A stretch of DNA of 64,000 nt from NCBI GenBank assembly GCA_052327205.1, contig CM126234.1, forward strand, positions 31,248,001 through 31,312,000, in the 5' to 3' direction. Position numbers and translations under genes: made by a program. Source of the stretch: Somniosus microcephalus (taxonomy: Eukaryota). The notes beneath the pieces are model-generated. The model was given only the letters and a program-made list of their open reading frames with translations, was not told the origin of the DNA and made no database searches. Shown here in pieces: positions 62,901 through 64,000 of this stretch. The first letter of the stretch is position 1. Each line of letters begins with the position of its first letter.

Positions 62901-63929
62901 TTTCAGAATACATGTACCACTAGATTCCTATTACTACAATAATGCTAGTGCAGTTTAAAAAGGGTCACATTTTACTCTCTATCGTTCCCCCAGTTTTCTT
63001 TCAAGAACAGTGCAGTATATTGGAGCTCCAATCTATTGTGCCACAAAATGACCGGACAAGGGTCTGAGCCACATGGCAAGTTGCTGATTACACAGAATGT
63101 ACAGCAAAGAAACAGGCCATTCGGCCCACCTGGTCCATGTCAGTCTTAATGATCTTGGCACACGGGGAGGCAGCGAGTCTAGATCAATTGCTTCCACATA
63201 GGGAGCAAGAGATGAGCCATCCCAGCAAAGCAATGAGCAGACGCCACGGGGAGCCCAGGCTTAGTGATGAAACATGGGAACATGGTGTTCTATCTTTAGG
63301 AAATGCTGATCAGCAGCAGCACATTCAAGAGGTCAACCACTTTCTGGTAGCTTATTAAAGAAGAGCTAATGAATGTGTTTCGAAAAATCGAGTAGTTTCT
63401 ATTTTCACCAGTACTTGAAATCAACATCCATTTTATGGCTGGGAAACAAAGCAAGTATCTCCATGAGGTTAAGGCGTTGCCTGGCGTGTTGACCGAGACA
63501 GACCAAACTACCCCAGGTTCAATCTGTGCTCAGCTCAGCTAGCAGTAAACACGTCACAATTCACTTCAACACTCCAGGAGGCGAGGGAAGAGGAGAACAA
63601 GGAGGAAACCAACACAGGTGGAGCTCGTGTTCCTGAACATTACCGGTGAGCCCTGTTGGAACGTGCGATGCTCTCCACTGCCCATTAGCTCGCTGGCACG
63701 CGCTCAAGGACAAAGCCACTTGGGCCAAGTATCAAAAGGCTGGAGGCCGCTGTGTAACTGTAGCCCGGAAAGAGCCAGTGGCTTCAGGAGAACACAATCG
63801 GGTGAAAAAGGCAAGCAGCAGAATTACTGGTGGAAGAAAAACCACGCAATTTTACCTCCCAATGCTCTGTCCAGAATCTTGATAGCAATGGTCATTAGTG
63901 GCCAACACTTGTGGCAAATGTCTGCAGAG
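47969..63929 (-). CDS. PRIM1: DNA primase small (catalytic) subunit, 5'-partial; join(63929-63856,62828-62692,62584-62526,60930-60821,59956-59880,58582-58450,57244-57175,50873-50776,50352-50254,47988-47969)
   Basis: Ten exons join in frame and include [51 protein letters not shown] and DYKKTSL; lies upstream of NACA on the same strand, as in human. Confidence 0.97.
48262..48737 (-). mobile_element. 5'-truncated Penelope-like retroelement
   Basis: 14-bp TSD GCCCTCTTCTTGAA (48248-48261 / 48738-48751); encodes [28 protein letters not shown] (GIY-YIG C-terminus); hammerhead-like 3' motif. Confidence 0.85.
49348..49936 (-). mobile_element. 5'-truncated Penelope-like retroelement with inverted terminal segment
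   Basis: 14-bp TSD ATAAACCTCTAGCC (49334-49347 / 49937-49950); [34 protein letters not shown]; 49848-49935 is an inverted copy of the 3' end. Confidence 0.88.
50254..50352 (-). CDS. PRIM1: PRIM1 exon 12 ([33 protein letters not shown])
   Basis: actcag| and G|GTGAGT, 99 nt. Confidence 0.95.
50776..50873 (-). CDS. PRIM1: PRIM1 exon 11 ([15 protein letters not shown]...VKRRTR)
   Basis: tttcag| and G|GTAAAT, 98 nt. Confidence 0.93.
51874..53730 (+). pseudogene. Harbinger Myb/SANT-like DNA-binding protein, 3 exons (51874-52109, 52344-52506, 52666-~53730), disrupted
   Basis: [48 protein letters not shown]|[16 protein letters not shown] with GT-AG introns; two frameshifts in exon 1 and a TAG at 53173; 3' end approximate. 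Confidence 0.8.
53745..53830 (+). repeat. ~2.6 x 33-bp tandem repeat between the two Harbinger genes
   Basis: taaa(a/g)gccgagactggtgtat occurs three times at 33-nt spacing. Confidence 0.85.
54042..55129 (-). pseudogene. Harbinger DDE transposase (HARBI1-like family), frameshifted near the N-terminus
   Basis: Motifs [53 protein letters not shown]; the likely start ATG 55129 (MGAAMGG...RRRRR) is out of frame with YPPRVYR; GDKGY reads WDKGY. Confidence 0.88.
57175..57244 (-). CDS. PRIM1: PRIM1 exon 10 ([23 protein letters not shown])
   Basis: tttcag| and AG|GTAGGA, 70 nt. Confidence 0.96.
57390..57710 (-). mobile_element. CR1 LINE 3' end
   Basis: [38 protein letters not shown]. Confidence 0.92.
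58450..58582 (-). CDS. PRIM1: PRIM1 exon 9 (...[30 protein letters not shown])
   Basis: ccacag| and G|GTAATT, 133 nt; catalytic Asp in PRLD. Confidence 0.97.
59880..59956 (-). CDS. PRIM1: PRIM1 exon 8 ([26 protein letters not shown])
   Basis: AC| acceptor, AGC|GTAAGT donor, 77 nt. Confidence 0.9.
59957..60820 (-). other. PRIM1: U12-type (minor spliceosome) AT-AC intron of PRIM1
   Basis: 5' ATATCCTTT; branch site TTCTTTAAC (59967-59975) ~10 nt before the terminal AC; the join G|AG keeps the frame. Confidence 0.93.
60821..60930 (-). CDS. PRIM1: PRIM1 exon 7 ([36 protein letters not shown])
   Basis: ctgtag| acceptor; U12 donor G|ATATCCTTT; 110 nt. Confidence 0.93.
61590..61992 (+). mobile_element. 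CR1 LINE 3' end
   Basis: [27 protein letters not shown] plus 3'UTR. Confidence 0.92.
62047..62420 (-). mobile_element. SINE, same family
   Basis: aaagacttgcatttctatagcacc...ggagaactcccctgctc. Confidence 0.72.
62526..62584 (-). CDS. PRIM1: PRIM1 exon 6 ([19 protein letters not shown])
   Basis: ttacag| and CA|GTGAGT, 59 nt. Confidence 0.93.
62692..62828 (-). CDS. PRIM1: PRIM1 exon 5 ([24 protein letters not shown]...VVK)
   Basis: cacag| and AAG|GTACGT, 137 nt; SGRRG nucleotide-binding motif. Confidence 0.97.
63856..63929 (-). CDS. PRIM1: PRIM1 exon 4 ([24 protein letters not shown])
   Basis: cttcag| and G|GTAAAA, 74 nt. Confidence 0.95.
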
Positions 63930-64000
63930 CTGAAGAATACAAAATAACTTGACTGAAATCTATCAGTATAATTCTAGACATTCGATGTCGACATGAACAG

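Overview
Eukaryotic (vertebrate) genomic DNA, most likely a cartilaginous fish judging from its CR1, Penelope and Deu-type SINE repeats (inference). Two spliced genes lie on the minus strand in the same order and orientation as in human. (1) A complete NACA gene: non-coding 5'TOP exon 1 at ~32820-32858 and seven coding exons that join to a 215-aa alpha-NAC. Its second intron holds a 6162-nt in-frame skNAC-type giant exon containing ~93 near-perfect 30-bp (LPLPADAAAQ) repeats, plus two or three further symmetric phase-1 cassette exons. (2) Exons 4-13 (human numbering) of PRIM1, including an AT-AC U12-type intron; the 5' exons lie beyond the right edge. The rest is mobile DNA: a full-length but decaying 4.1-kb PIF/Harbinger transposon (transposase plus Myb/SANT gene, 16-bp TIRs, apparent ATG TSD), many CR1 fragments, Penelope-like fragments with 14-bp TSDs and degenerate hammerhead-ribozyme cores, a solo LTR, an L1 remnant and SINEs. 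All calls were made by eye; no database search was run.
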